From the IMG/VR virus record IMGVR_UViG_3300020045_017966, positions 1-29,980 of that record: a stretch of 29,980 nt of DNA. One strand, written 5' to 3'. Position numbers and translations under genes: made by a program. This document shows, in pieces, positions 16,499 through 26,089 of this stretch; position 1 is the first letter of the stretch, and each line of letters begins with the position of its first letter. Source of the DNA: a virus. Lineage: Duplodnaviria > Caudoviricetes. Below the pieces are notes generated by a model. It searched no databases. It was given only the letters and a program-made list of their open reading frames with translations, and was not told the DNA's origin.

Positions 16499-17503
16499 AT
16501 GCCATTCACCATATTGACAGGTGGTTCTTTTACTTCGACGGGTATCGGGGTAAAGATTCCTCTGCCTAGCTCTGCGGACTACTTCACTACAGAGAATATC
16601 ACTCAAGAAGCTGCAGCGAACCCGAATACTGTTATCCAAGGGCGCTGGTATGGCTCTAAGTTCGGTTCTGGAGCCTCTGCGGCTGGTAGCGGTATCAAAG
16701 TTGTAAAGACTACTGCAGACCTTACGTCTGCTTTTGCAGCTAACACAGGCTTCACTTACGTGACCAGTGTCCCGGTTATAGAGGCTCAAAACGCAGCTGC
16801 CATCACTGGCATAACAGCAGCTTCTCCAGCTGTTGTTAGTCAGACATCCCACGGATACTCTGCAGGGGACATTCTTCAATTCTATGACACTACAGGCATG
16901 TTGCAGATTGCTGGAATGAACTTTCAAATATCTACTGTCAACGCGAACGATTATACCCTAATCGGTTTGAGGGCAGCAGGTTTTGCAGCTCCAGCTACCG
17001 CTGGTTATACCCGACGTATCTCCAAAATGTTGGCCGTAGATCCTCAGTTCCTTTTCGTAACTGAAATCACACAGGCATCGTCGGCGGTCGTCAGAACATC
17101 TGTAGATCCCACTCAATACTATGTTGTAGGCATGAAGGTTCACTTCAGCATTCCCTACAGCTTTGGTATGTACCAGATGAACCAGTTGACAGGGACTATC
17201 ACGGCTCTGTCGGCGTCTAACTACACTATGACGGTGGATATCGATAGCACGGCATTTACCGCTTTCGCCTTCCCCGCTTCTAGCGCATCTCCAACAGCGC
17301 AGCTATTCGCTACAGTAGCTCCCGCTGGCGCGTCGACCAAGTTCAATCCGGTGACCAACGTTCAGACGGGGTACGACTTCCAGTACCAGCCCTTTAGAAC
17401 AGGTCAGTTCACTCCTTATATGTACCTAGCTGGAGGCGCGCAGTCTCCCGCTGGAGCATCGAACGACGTGATCAACTGGATTGCCTATAAATTCGAGAAC
17501 TAG
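16499..17503 (+). CDS. Virion (decoration-like) protein with two E1-FCCH-like domains
   Basis: ITGITAASPAVV..SHGYSAGD...GML and ITQASSAVV...VGMKV...GMYQMN...DIDSTAFTAF; AAGGAGG RBS; co-terminated with the capsid gene. Confidence 0.75.
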   Translation: MPFTILTGGSFTSTGIGVKIPLPSSADYFTTENITQEAAANPNTVIQGRWYGSKFGSGASAAGSGIKVVKTTADLTSAFAANTGFTYVTSVPVIEAQNAAAITGITAASPAVVSQTSHGYSAGDILQFYDTTGMLQIAGMNFQISTVNANDYTLIGLRAAGFAAPATAGYTRRISKMLAVDPQFLFVTEITQASSAVVRTSVDPTQYYVVGMKVHFSIPYSFGMYQMNQLTGTITALSASNYTMTVDIDSTAFTAFAFPASSASPTAQLFATVAPAGASTKFNPVTNVQTGYDFQYQPFRTGQFTPYMYLAGGAQSPAGASNDVINWIAYKFEN

Positions 17504-17518
17504 TGTAACGCGTTACAC
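17503..17518. promoter_or_regulatory. 16-bp perfect palindrome, copy 2 (GTGTAACGCGTTACAC)
   Basis: Read directly from the sequence; near-identical copy at 5232. Confidence 0.65.
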
Positions 17519-17551
17519 AAAGGGAGGGGGCGCTTGTCTCCTCCCTTTTTT
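17519..17551 (+). terminator. Intrinsic terminator after capsid and decoration genes
   Basis: AAAGGGAGGGG...CTCCTCCCTTTTTT. Confidence 0.85.
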
Positions 17552-17559
17552 GGAGAACG

Positions 17560-17949
17560 ATGCCAAACCAATACCTACCCGGGGTTATCACCATACCTAG
17601 CTCTCTGCTCATCACGGCAGCGACTCAGGCTTATCCCATGGTTATCACTACGGCTATCGGAGCGGAGGAAGACAGCGCCAACACCTACATCGTAGGCATG
17701 TGCGTTCGCCTATTTATTCCCCGGGCCTACGGCATGTGGCAGGCGAACGGTAGGACGGCAACTATTTTGGTTATATCGGGAGATGACTTCTACCTCGATG
17801 TGGATTCGACTTATTTCGATGCCTTTTCGGTTCCGGGCGGTTCGGTAGAGAAACCAGCCAGCCTTTCTCCCAATGGATCGCGCAATCTTCAATACAGCAA
17901 CCTGACCAATCAGGTTCCCTTTCAATCCCTTAACAACATAGGTAACTGA
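17560..17949 (+). CDS. Single FCCH-like domain virion protein
   Basis: ITAATQAYPMVIT...YIVGMCVRLFIP..YGMWQANG...LDVDSTYFDAF aligns by eye to the second domain of 16499..17503. Confidence 0.7.
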   Translation: MPNQYLPGVITIPSSLLITAATQAYPMVITTAIGAEEDSANTYIVGMCVRLFIPRAYGMWQANGRTATILVISGDDFYLDVDSTYFDAFSVPGGSVEKPASLSPNGSRNLQYSNLTNQVPFQSLNNIGN

Positions 17950-18377
17950 TGAATATCACGATGGCGACAGCCTCCGGAGAACAGCACGGGCTCATTAATA
18001 CTCTGACCAACTCTGTGGTTTTCGATGACTTCAAAAATATGAAGCCAGAGCATAAAAAAGAGCTAGAGAAGCAAAAGAAGGAAGATGCTCGCCTAGTCAA
18101 GGCTGAGTACATGAATTCTAGGGGGAGACATGAAAGGCTTACTAAGCCGTATTGCCGCTATGCTGGTGACCCTATTCAAATCTGGCATTTCATACCTGGA
18201 AAAGTTTACGAAGTCCCCCTTGGACTAGTCAACGAGGTCAATGACAAGACTAAGATCATGAAGAAGAGAAGCGGGCTTGTCAGTGTCGACGGTCAGGCTA
18301 TCAAACAAGATGAAAGCCCGATCGACAATGACCAAGAGGGCGAGTTTTTACACAAGTTCATCCCAGTAGGGTTCTGA
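17949..18377 (+). CDS. Hypothetical protein
   Basis: TGATG coupling; 142 aa within the structural operon. Confidence 0.75.
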   Translation: MNITMATASGEQHGLINTLTNSVVFDDFKNMKPEHKKELEKQKKEDARLVKAEYMNSRGRHERLTKPYCRYAGDPIQIWHFIPGKVYEVPLGLVNEVNDKTKIMKKRSGLVSVDGQAIKQDESPIDNDQEGEFLHKFIPVGF

Positions 18378-18384
18378 GGTATAA

Positions 18385-19806
18385 ATGGTCTCTGTACTAC
18401 CCGACAGCAGTACCTACACCTATATCGAGAAGAAGGTTCGTCGGTTGACCGCGTCGGCAAGTGAGGCGGCTCTGTCCAGCGCGGATATCCAAGAGGCGGT
18501 CAATCGTTTCTACACGAATGACTTCCCCTATGCGATCAAGATGGACCAGCAGAGGTCCGTATATAAGTTTCTGACCATCCCTAATGTCGACCGATACCCG
18601 GTCAACGTGAACGACTATCAGGGTTTCAGGGCTCCTGTATACTTTGAGGGCATTCCAGGAAACTTCTTCAAGAACAGAGACCAGCTTTTCAACCTCTATC
18701 CCCGCTATCCCACTCAGTTTCAAAAGAGCGGCACTCTTAGTGGTAACATCACTAACGCCTCTCAAGCCGTTCAATGTCAGATAACCAGCGTTAACCACCA
18801 GCTTTTGGTCGGTTCGATTATAGTGATCCAAGATGTGGTAGGGATGACCGAGCTTAACGGGAACTCCTACACGGTTGTCGTGGTGTTTGATGAAGACAAC
18901 TTTTCCATCAACGTTGATTCCACGGCATTCACCCCATATGTCTCGGGGGGGACTTGGACCTGCAACAACACCTTCTCTTTCACTTTATTCGGCAATAACC
19001 AAAACCCTTTCCCTCAACCTAGCTCAGGCATTCTGAGCACACAGGTAATTATAGGAGGCATCGATGTCAATGGAAATCCTATTCGGGTTATTGACGACGG
19101 GGGTGCTGTTAGCAATAGCTTTGGCATCGGATCAAACACCACCGTCGGCCAGCTGATTTATGTTCAACAGAATACTGTGGGAGATAATGTCTATCTACAA
19201 ACCTCTGGATCTCCTCCTGTAACTCAACAGGTACCGTCGATCCCCCAGTTATCTCCATTGGGAGGACAGGTCAACGCCAACTCTTCCACCCCTCCTCCTC
19301 CATCCTCTTATCAAGTCTATCCTCCTAGCCCATTGACCTCTCAGTACTGCGGAACGGTCAACTACGTAACCACGCAAATCAACCTAGTCCTCCCCGCTCC
19401 TCTCCAAGACGGTTCTCAGCTGAACATATGGGCAGCGACCTATCAGGTAGGTCGGCCATATAATCTGCTATTTTGGAATAACGAGCTCACCATCCGCCCT
19501 GTGCCTGACAACGTCTATCTAGTGGAGGTAGAGGCCTATCAAACTCCCGCTCAGTTCATGTTGACCACATCTAACCCCGTCCTCAACCAATGGGCTCAAT
19601 ACATCGCCTATGGGGCTGCTATGGAGATCTTACGCGATCGTCAGGATATGGAGGGGGTAGATAACCTTCGAGACGGGTTCAACAGGCAAGAAGGGTTAGT
19701 CCTAGAAAGACAGGCGAACGAAGAGATTCAACAACCCAATATCACCATCTTCAATACCACTACAACAGGATATGGCCTAGGAGCGGGTTACGGGGTAGGT
19801 TTCTAA
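18385..19806 (+). CDS. Head-tail adaptor-like protein with inserted FCCH domain
   Basis: N-terminal KVRRLT..IQEAVNRFY; C-terminal IRPVPDNVY..YIAYGAA; internal NHQLLVG..DVVGMTELNG..VDSTAFTPYVSGG. Confidence 0.7.
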   Translation: MVSVLPDSSTYTYIEKKVRRLTASASEAALSSADIQEAVNRFYTNDFPYAIKMDQQRSVYKFLTIPNVDRYPVNVNDYQGFRAPVYFEGIPGNFFKNRDQLFNLYPRYPTQFQKSGTLSGNITNASQAVQCQITSVNHQLLVGSIIVIQDVVGMTELNGNSYTVVVVFDEDNFSINVDSTAFTPYVSGGTWTCNNTFSFTLFGNNQNPFPQPSSGILSTQVIIGGIDVNGNPIRVIDDGGAVSNSFGIGSNTTVGQLIYVQQNTVGDNVYLQTSGSPPVTQQVPSIPQLSPLGGQVNANSSTPPPPSSYQVYPPSPLTSQYCGTVNYVTTQINLVLPAPLQDGSQLNIWAATYQVGRPYNLLFWNNELTIRPVPDNVYLVEVEAYQTPAQFMLTTSNPVLNQWAQYIAYGAAMEILRDRQDMEGVDNLRDGFNRQEGLVLERQANEEIQQPNITIFNTTTTGYGLGAGYGVGF

Positions 19807-22244
19807 TGGGCGCATATTCGCCGATGAAAATAACGGGCAACAGTACCGGGCTTGTGCAGCAGCGTGAGGAGTTTTTGCTCCCCAATGATGCCTACCCTAG
19901 CCTCGTTAATGCCTACGTCTGGAGGGAGAGAATCCTTCGAAAGAAGGGATACCAGCTTCTAGGCCGTCTTCAGAGGCAAGTGACCATTGCTAGGACCAAC
20001 GCTACGGGAGCGGGGACCTACACCAACACTATCCTATCCTCAATCAAAGTCTCTCAACCGCAGTCCCAAATCACTCCAGGAACATTTACTTTCACTTTCG
20101 ATGCGGGAGGCCCTAACCAAACCATCTATGCCGATGTGGATGGTGATGGAATTTTAACCCGTCAATCTGGCCCTTACACCATATCTTCAGGGACTATCAA
20201 CTACTTTACCAGCGTAATGTCGCTGACTTTCACGGCAGCCCCACCCGGTGGTACCAGTGCTAGCGCTACTTTCTATTATGCCCCGGGCCTACCTGTAATG
20301 GGAATCAACGGTCGAGAGATACAGGACAGCTCTCTTGAAGAGACCATCTTCTTCGACCAGGTCTATGCCTACCGATACAGCACAGTTATCGAGGGGTTCG
20401 AGGAATTCATCCCAGGCACTACGTGGAACAATCCAGGCGAAGGGGTGAGTGGGACGAGCTTCTTCTGGTCCACTAACTACTGGGTTAGCAGCGCTCCCAC
20501 TTTCGGGACGAGCAACACAAAGCTCATGTGGGTGACTAACAATACAGGCGCTTTTTTAGGTGGCTATGACCCAGTTCGCATCACCGATGGGCAGACATGG
20601 GTAGATTTTTTCCCTGCTGTCATCGTTCCTGGAGTCAATAACTGGTCTCAAATCGATGCTACGGAGTACCTCATCACTTTTCTTTGTATGGTACCCTTCA
20701 GGGGAAGGATGGTCACCTTTAATACGTGGGAAGGACCCAGCGCTGCTGGGATGACCCATTTTAGGCAGAGAATCCGATGGTCGACCATCGGCAACCCTTT
20801 CATCCCCTACAGCAACGGACCACCTTCTGTTGGTTCTTGGAGGGATGATGTAAGGGGGCAAGGGGGATTCCTCGATATACCAACCAGCGAGGACATCATA
20901 TCGGTTGGGTTTGTCAGGGACAACCTCGTCATCTATTGCGAGCGATCTACGTGGCAGCTCAGGTACACAGGTAGATCCATAGCTCCATTCCAAATCGAGA
21001 GAGTAAACAGCGAGCTAGGCACCGAGAGTACTTTTTCCGCTGTCCAGTTCGATACATCCCTTGTAGGCATAGGTGACAAGGGAATTGTGGAGTGCGACAG
21101 CTATAAGTCAGAGCGCATCGATATCAAGATCCCTAACTTTGTTTTCCAGTTCAATACCCTGAATAATGGCCTTAAGAGGGCGCAAGGGATAAGAGACTTT
21201 GAGAATAGGTTAGCATTTTGGACCGTGCCCCTCGCGGGAGAATATGATGGAAACCTACCGGAAGTCTCGCAGATCTTCCCCAATATCCGACTCTCCTACA
21301 ACTACGAGAATGACTCGTGGGCGCTATTTAACGATTCTCTCACTTCTCTAGGTACCTTTCAGCAGAGAAACAATAGAAACTGGTTGAACACTCACCTACC
21401 ATGGAATCGGTGCGAGTTCCCGTGGATTAGCATATTGCAGGGCACGCCCACGATCGTTGGGGGTAACCAGCAGGGTTTCATCGAGCGACTTGATGAGACC
21501 ACTGCGAATGACGTCAGCTTATTCATAAGCAACATCACCCCCAACGATCCCGATGCGACAGTGGTGACTAGCCCAAACCACAACATGAGCACGGATTTTG
21601 TCATTCAAATCAGCGGAATACCTGCTGGAGACCCCTACGAGGCTCTCAATGATCAGGTCTTTGGCATCGTTTTAGGTGATACAGCGGGAGCAGATCCCGC
21701 TAATAAGTTTCGGCTAATGGTCTACGATGCAGCCAGTGGCGAGTTTAGCACCCCTCAAGTTGATCCCACTGGAGGCGCCCCCTTTGGAGGGTATGGGCTC
21801 ATCAAGATTAGGGAGAACTTCTCCATCGTAAGTAAGAAGTTCAACTTCCTAGACGACGGTCAAGCGATTCAAATGGGCTACATCGACGTTCTAATGAGCG
21901 CTACGGCTGCAAGTGATCCCGGGGCTATCTCTCTCTATGTCTATCTGGATTACAACGATGAAGAGCCTTCTAACACCATTCCCATGAATGAGATCAATGA
22001 CGGGATTGGATCGACGCCGGACAGTTTCTTCAATACGATCATCCCTACTAGTCAACCTACCTTAAGCACAGTAGGTGGAACTAAGTTCTGGCAAAGGGTT
22101 TTCTGCCCAACCCGCGCGAACTTCCTTACGCTTGAATACACGCTCTCGAACGCACAGATGGCGGGGGAAGAGCAAGACAAAGACGTACAGATCGATGCCC
22201 AAATTTTATGGATTAGGAAGGCAGGTCGCCTTTCGCAGATATAG
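19806..22244 (+). CDS. Tail nozzle/stabilisation protein (tail tubular B / P22 gp10-like)
   Basis: 812 aa, beta-rich; RIRWS..GNP...W motif; position directly after the adaptor. Confidence 0.7.
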   Translation: MGAYSPMKITGNSTGLVQQREEFLLPNDAYPSLVNAYVWRERILRKKGYQLLGRLQRQVTIARTNATGAGTYTNTILSSIKVSQPQSQITPGTFTFTFDAGGPNQTIYADVDGDGILTRQSGPYTISSGTINYFTSVMSLTFTAAPPGGTSASATFYYAPGLPVMGINGREIQDSSLEETIFFDQVYAYRYSTVIEGFEEFIPGTTWNNPGEGVSGTSFFWSTNYWVSSAPTFGTSNTKLMWVTNNTGAFLGGYDPVRITDGQTWVDFFPAVIVPGVNNWSQIDATEYLITFLCMVPFRGRMVTFNTWEGPSAAGMTHFRQRIRWSTIGNPFIPYSNGPPSVGSWRDDVRGQGGFLDIPTSEDIISVGFVRDNLVIYCERSTWQLRYTGRSIAPFQIERVNSELGTESTFSAVQFDTSLVGIGDKGIVECDSYKSERIDIKIPNFVFQFNTLNNGLKRAQGIRDFENRLAFWTVPLAGEYDGNLPEVSQIFPNIRLSYNYENDSWALFNDSLTSLGTFQQRNNRNWLNTHLPWNRCEFPWISILQGTPTIVGGNQQGFIERLDETTANDVSLFISNITPNDPDATVVTSPNHNMSTDFVIQISGIPAGDPYEALNDQVFGIVLGDTAGADPANKFRLMVYDAASGEFSTPQVDPTGGAPFGGYGLIKIRENFSIVSKKFNFLDDGQAIQMGYIDVLMSATAASDPGAISLYVYLDYNDEEPSNTIPMNEINDGIGSTPDSFFNTIIPTSQPTLSTVGGTKFWQRVFCPTRANFLTLEYTLSNAQMAGEEQDKDVQIDAQILWIRKAGRLSQI

Positions 22245-22251
22245 GTAAACT

Positions 22252-22848
22252 ATGGCCTACCAGCCCAATATTCCTAACGGGACAGTGAACCTAGATGAAG
22301 ATTGGAGAAACCTTCGAACTAATTTTCAGGCTCTCAACACCATCTTCGATAAGGATCACGTCCCTTACAGTAATAACACAGCTCAGAACGGCTACCACAA
22401 AGCCATTCATATAGTACCTCAGGCAGCTCCTGCAACCGTGGCAGGGATAGCATCAATTTATTCAACAACTATCAATAGCATTTCCAACGATCAGACCCTT
22501 TTCTATAAAACGGGTGCAGGAAATGTCATTCAACTCACGAGGAACTTTGTTCCCCTAGCTGCTAACCACGGATACACATTCCTTCCAGGGGGATTGATGC
22601 TTCAATGGGGAAGACAAAACGCTGCCGGTGGTGCTACTTCAACGTCTTTAATAACTTTTGCTACTTTGAACAAAGCCTTTCCTACCTCTTGTTTTGCTGT
22701 GTGGGCGACTCCATTCTATAGCTCCGCTCCCAATGGTAACGGAACGATCGCCATAGGAACAATATCAGCCACTTCATTTGCATATACCGCATATTTCAAT
22801 AGCAGCGCCAACTACAGTGGATTTTACTGGACGGCCATAGGTATCTAA
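22252..22848 (+). CDS. Short tail fibre-like protein with gp53-like C-terminal domain
   Basis: GYTFLPGGLMLQWG...ITF...AFPTSCF...YWTAIG. Confidence 0.8.
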   Translation: MAYQPNIPNGTVNLDEDWRNLRTNFQALNTIFDKDHVPYSNNTAQNGYHKAIHIVPQAAPATVAGIASIYSTTINSISNDQTLFYKTGAGNVIQLTRNFVPLAANHGYTFLPGGLMLQWGRQNAAGGATSTSLITFATLNKAFPTSCFAVWATPFYSSAPNGNGTIAIGTISATSFAYTAYFNSSANYSGFYWTAIGI

Positions 22849-23324
22849 TGAACCCACTAGACAGCCAAACTTTCGAGAGCTACCTTCCCGTCTATGACGC
22901 TATACCCGACAAATGGGAAGACGCGCGTGCCTTCATCGTGGAGCAGTTTAAGAAGATTTCCAACGCGGTAAACGTGCGCGAGATCGGTTTCTTCTTAGAC
23001 GAGGAGCTTCTCAGCGGTAAGGCTTTCATACCTGGAACAATATCTGGGGGCACATCGCAACAGTTTCGCACGATTTTGAGAAAGGTGATAGAGTTCCCGG
23101 GATTATCTGTGGGAGTGAATACACAGCCTCACGGGCTATTTGTGGACGCTAATTTCAGCCTCATGCAGCTCTACGCCGCGGCTACGAATGCCACGGCTAT
23201 GACCGGTCAGCCTATACCTAATGGGTCGGATACCATCATCTACGATGCGACCAACATAATCATAACGGTAGCAGCATCCTACACTAGGGCGTGGGCGGTT
23301 ATCGAATATATTCAGGAGCTTTGA
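22848..23324 (+). CDS. Putative tail structural protein
   Basis: TAATG coupling; NVREIGFF..E...RKVI...HGL...VIEY. Confidence 0.65.
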   Translation: MNPLDSQTFESYLPVYDAIPDKWEDARAFIVEQFKKISNAVNVREIGFFLDEELLSGKAFIPGTISGGTSQQFRTILRKVIEFPGLSVGVNTQPHGLFVDANFSLMQLYAAATNATAMTGQPIPNGSDTIIYDATNIIITVAASYTRAWAVIEYIQEL

Positions 23325-23325
23325 T

Positions 23326-24075
23326 ATGGCTAATTTTTGGGATATAGCTAAAGGGGTTGTAGGGGGTGGGATTTTCTCTAAAAGCTTTAGAAAGGGTGCT
23401 AAAGACTTTTTTCTGGGAACACCAGAGGTTAGAGAGAACGTCTCTACACTTAGAGATGAGCAGGAACCTCTATACCAGCAGCTTCAGAACTCAGCTATGA
23501 ACCGAGGAGCTGGAGGGGCATTTGGTACAGCAGCAGACTACTACCGAGATCTTATGAGCGACGATAGCGCAGACTATGATGCCTTTGCAGCTCCAGCCAT
23601 GCGTCAATACAACCAAGACATAGTACCAGGGTTATCAGAGCAGTTTGCGGGCATGGGTGCAGGGGGACTGAGTAGCTCGGGCTTTAGGAATGCGCAGGTT
23701 CAGGGGGCGACCGATCTTTCAGAGAGACTAGGGCAGCTCAGAGCACAGCTAAGGCAACACGGAGCGCAGGGGCTACAAAATATAGGATCTCAGGGCCTTC
23801 AGAACTACTCTCAAAACATGGTCACCCAACAGGGTACTCCTGGTATGCTCAGTACGATAGCTCCAGCTATAGGAACAGCTGCTGGAGCATATATAGGAGG
23901 TCCAGGTGGAGCCGCTGCGGGTAATGCTGCTGGTAATTGGTTGGGATCATGGTTTGGAGGCGGATCTAAAGGAAGCAACGTTGGATCTAATTCCAGCCCC
24001 TACGGTCAAGGCCAAGGAATGCAGGCTAGCCCTTCGACCAGACAACCTTTACCACGATTTATGGAGGGGTACTAA
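23326..24075 (+). CDS. Putative ejection/DNA pilot protein
   Basis: Rich in G/A/Q; glycine zipper IGTAAGAYIGGPGGAAAG; podovirus ejection-gene position. Confidence 0.65.
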   Translation: MANFWDIAKGVVGGGIFSKSFRKGAKDFFLGTPEVRENVSTLRDEQEPLYQQLQNSAMNRGAGGAFGTAADYYRDLMSDDSADYDAFAAPAMRQYNQDIVPGLSEQFAGMGAGGLSSSGFRNAQVQGATDLSERLGQLRAQLRQHGAQGLQNIGSQGLQNYSQNMVTQQGTPGMLSTIAPAIGTAAGAYIGGPGGAAAGNAAGNWLGSWFGGGSKGSNVGSNSSPYGQGQGMQASPSTRQPLPRFMEGY

Positions 24076-25403
24076 TGGCTCAAAAAATAAGCCAAGGAAG
24101 TATTTTCGGCAGGATTGGTTCTGGCTTAGGTCAGGGGCTTGCCGAGCAGATTCCTAAGGAAGTGGAGAGATACCGTCTGTCCGAAGGACTGAAAAAACTA
24201 GGTGATAAGAAAGGTCAAACGCCTTTTCAGCAGTTCTCCGACCTTGTATCAGTGGCTCATCAGTACCCTCAGGTAGTTCAGAGCGGTTCTGATCTCCTTC
24301 GCCAGCAATCGATCATCGATAGCTTTAGGAATCAGGAGGGAGGGAATCAACCTGAACGTCCCCCTTCGAATATTCCCCCTCAGTCCCCTTTATCCGCACC
24401 CCTGCAAGAAGGAGATAGGTCCATAACCACTACAGGGCCCATACGGGCTACTATAGAGCCTTATATTCCTCCTACAGGGGAGGAGAGGGAGAGGATGGCT
24501 AGAGCTCTTTTGGCTAAAGAGCCTCTTGTTTATCAAACTATCGAAGATGCTAGGAATGCAGTTGATAGGGACGTGGCTGCAAACACTAATAAATCAGAGT
24601 CGGAAATAAGGCAAAGAGGTCTTCAACAGGATGTTCAGAACAAGACAGTACAAGCAGTAAATAATGCAATATCAACATCAGGAGCTAACCTACCTCAAAA
24701 CGTTATCCCTACCCTTCAGCAAAAGGCAATAAACGAAGTAAAGACAGGTCAATTGACAGAAGATGAAGCAGCTAGAAAATACGGTGAGGAAGCACAAAAG
24801 CTGTCCAGACATTTCGCAGACGTAAAGGCTTTAGGAGGAACATCCATCATCACCAGACCCTCTAAAGGTACTCTTCAATCTATGAGGAACCTATCTAAGG
24901 TATTTAAAGATGAAAATCTTTCTAGAGAATTTGCAGATGCAATGGTGGCCGAGAACGGGGTGACTCCGCAGTTTGCCTATGCCATAGCCAATCCGGTTCA
25001 AGAGATAAAACCTCTCAACGATATCCTTAAAGGCATTCCTAATATAAAACCACACCTCACACAAACTTTTTCCGCACCTGGATCAAGATCAGGAATGGTG
25101 GCCCGTCCTCCCCCTTCAGGTATTCAAGGACCCGTTCTTAAGCAGCCAGAAATAGACAAGAAAACTAATGAAATTATTCCTGATCTTGCTAGAGCCATGG
25201 GAAAAGGAGGAAGTCCTCTATCTGTCTCGTATGAGTTGGATAAAAAGGGTTACAACTCAAGACTTTGGAAAGAGTACCTAATGGAAAATCAAAAGGCTCT
25301 TGACCTAACTATAGGTCAGATAGAGGAGTTGAGCAAGCCAGAGCCGGGCATGTTTGGGTGGCTTAATGACTGGTGGCTACAATCCTTCTCAGGGGTGAAA
25401 TAA
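24075..25403 (+). CDS. Putative ejection protein
   Basis: FGRIGSGLGQGL start; helical; no Cys; coupled to neighbours. Confidence 0.55.
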   Translation: MAQKISQGSIFGRIGSGLGQGLAEQIPKEVERYRLSEGLKKLGDKKGQTPFQQFSDLVSVAHQYPQVVQSGSDLLRQQSIIDSFRNQEGGNQPERPPSNIPPQSPLSAPLQEGDRSITTTGPIRATIEPYIPPTGEERERMARALLAKEPLVYQTIEDARNAVDRDVAANTNKSESEIRQRGLQQDVQNKTVQAVNNAISTSGANLPQNVIPTLQQKAINEVKTGQLTEDEAARKYGEEAQKLSRHFADVKALGGTSIITRPSKGTLQSMRNLSKVFKDENLSREFADAMVAENGVTPQFAYAIANPVQEIKPLNDILKGIPNIKPHLTQTFSAPGSRSGMVARPPPSGIQGPVLKQPEIDKKTNEIIPDLARAMGKGGSPLSVSYELDKKGYNSRLWKEYLMENQKALDLTIGQIEELSKPEPGMFGWLNDWWLQSFSGVK

Positions 25404-26089
25404 TGCAACCTTATTATCAAAAGGCGGCCGAAGCTCAGAGAGAGCGAGAGGAGTACCCGTTAAACTTAGCCAAAAACTTAGGATCAGCGGCTTTAGGAGC
25501 TGGAGCAGCTCGATTAGGCTATAGTGCTTTGGGTACTATTCTACCTAAAATCCAAGCATTGATCAGCCCTAAGGTGCCTGATGCCTTCTCGATTGGAGGA
25601 CTCAATAAAGTTGACCCTCGACTAGGTAAGTTCATTGATGGCGCGCTCAAAGAGGGGTACTCATATGATGATATTAAAGGTTTTTTAGGGGAAAAGGTTC
25701 AGAAAAGCGAGCAGAAAGAGGAAGAGCAAAAGGCTAGAAAGAAGGGCAACATCATCGAGCAATACGACCCCGAGCTGCACATTTACATCTCTGAAAAGCT
25801 GAAGAATGGGGAAGGGCTCTATTACGCTGGTAGAAAGGCACTTGATCATCCTCGATTCAAAAAAGCCGTCGACAAGATCACTAAGGACCATAAGGCTAGT
25901 TGGACAGACATTTTAAAGGCTGTTTATGGAGAGGTGTTTAAGAATAAAGAGCAGGAGATGAATCAGCAACGATCGCCTAACGCTCCTGCCGCTCAAGCAG
26001 CTCCTCAACAGCCAGGTCCTGGCGAAGGAGAGCTGATGCAGACTCTACAGCAGATACTAGCGATCAGAGGGGGAGGACCTAAGCAATAA
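25403..26089 (+). CDS. Putative ejection/internal virion protein
   Basis: TAATG coupling; GA-rich hydrophobic stretch. Confidence 0.55.
   Translation: MQPYYQKAAEAQREREEYPLNLAKNLGSAALGAGAARLGYSALGTILPKIQALISPKVPDAFSIGGLNKVDPRLGKFIDGALKEGYSYDDIKGFLGEKVQKSEQKEEEQKARKKGNIIEQYDPELHIYISEKLKNGEGLYYAGRKALDHPRFKKAVDKITKDHKASWTDILKAVYGEVFKNKEQEMNQQRSPNAPAAQAAPQQPGPGEGELMQTLQQILAIRGGGPKQ

Noticed and set aside
5261-22244. A complete phage ubiquitination pathway (RING plus E1 FCCH domains)
   Set aside because: No ThiF/E1 adenylation domain, E2, ubiquitin-like protein or JAB peptidase seen; the FCCH-like domains are parts of structural proteins.
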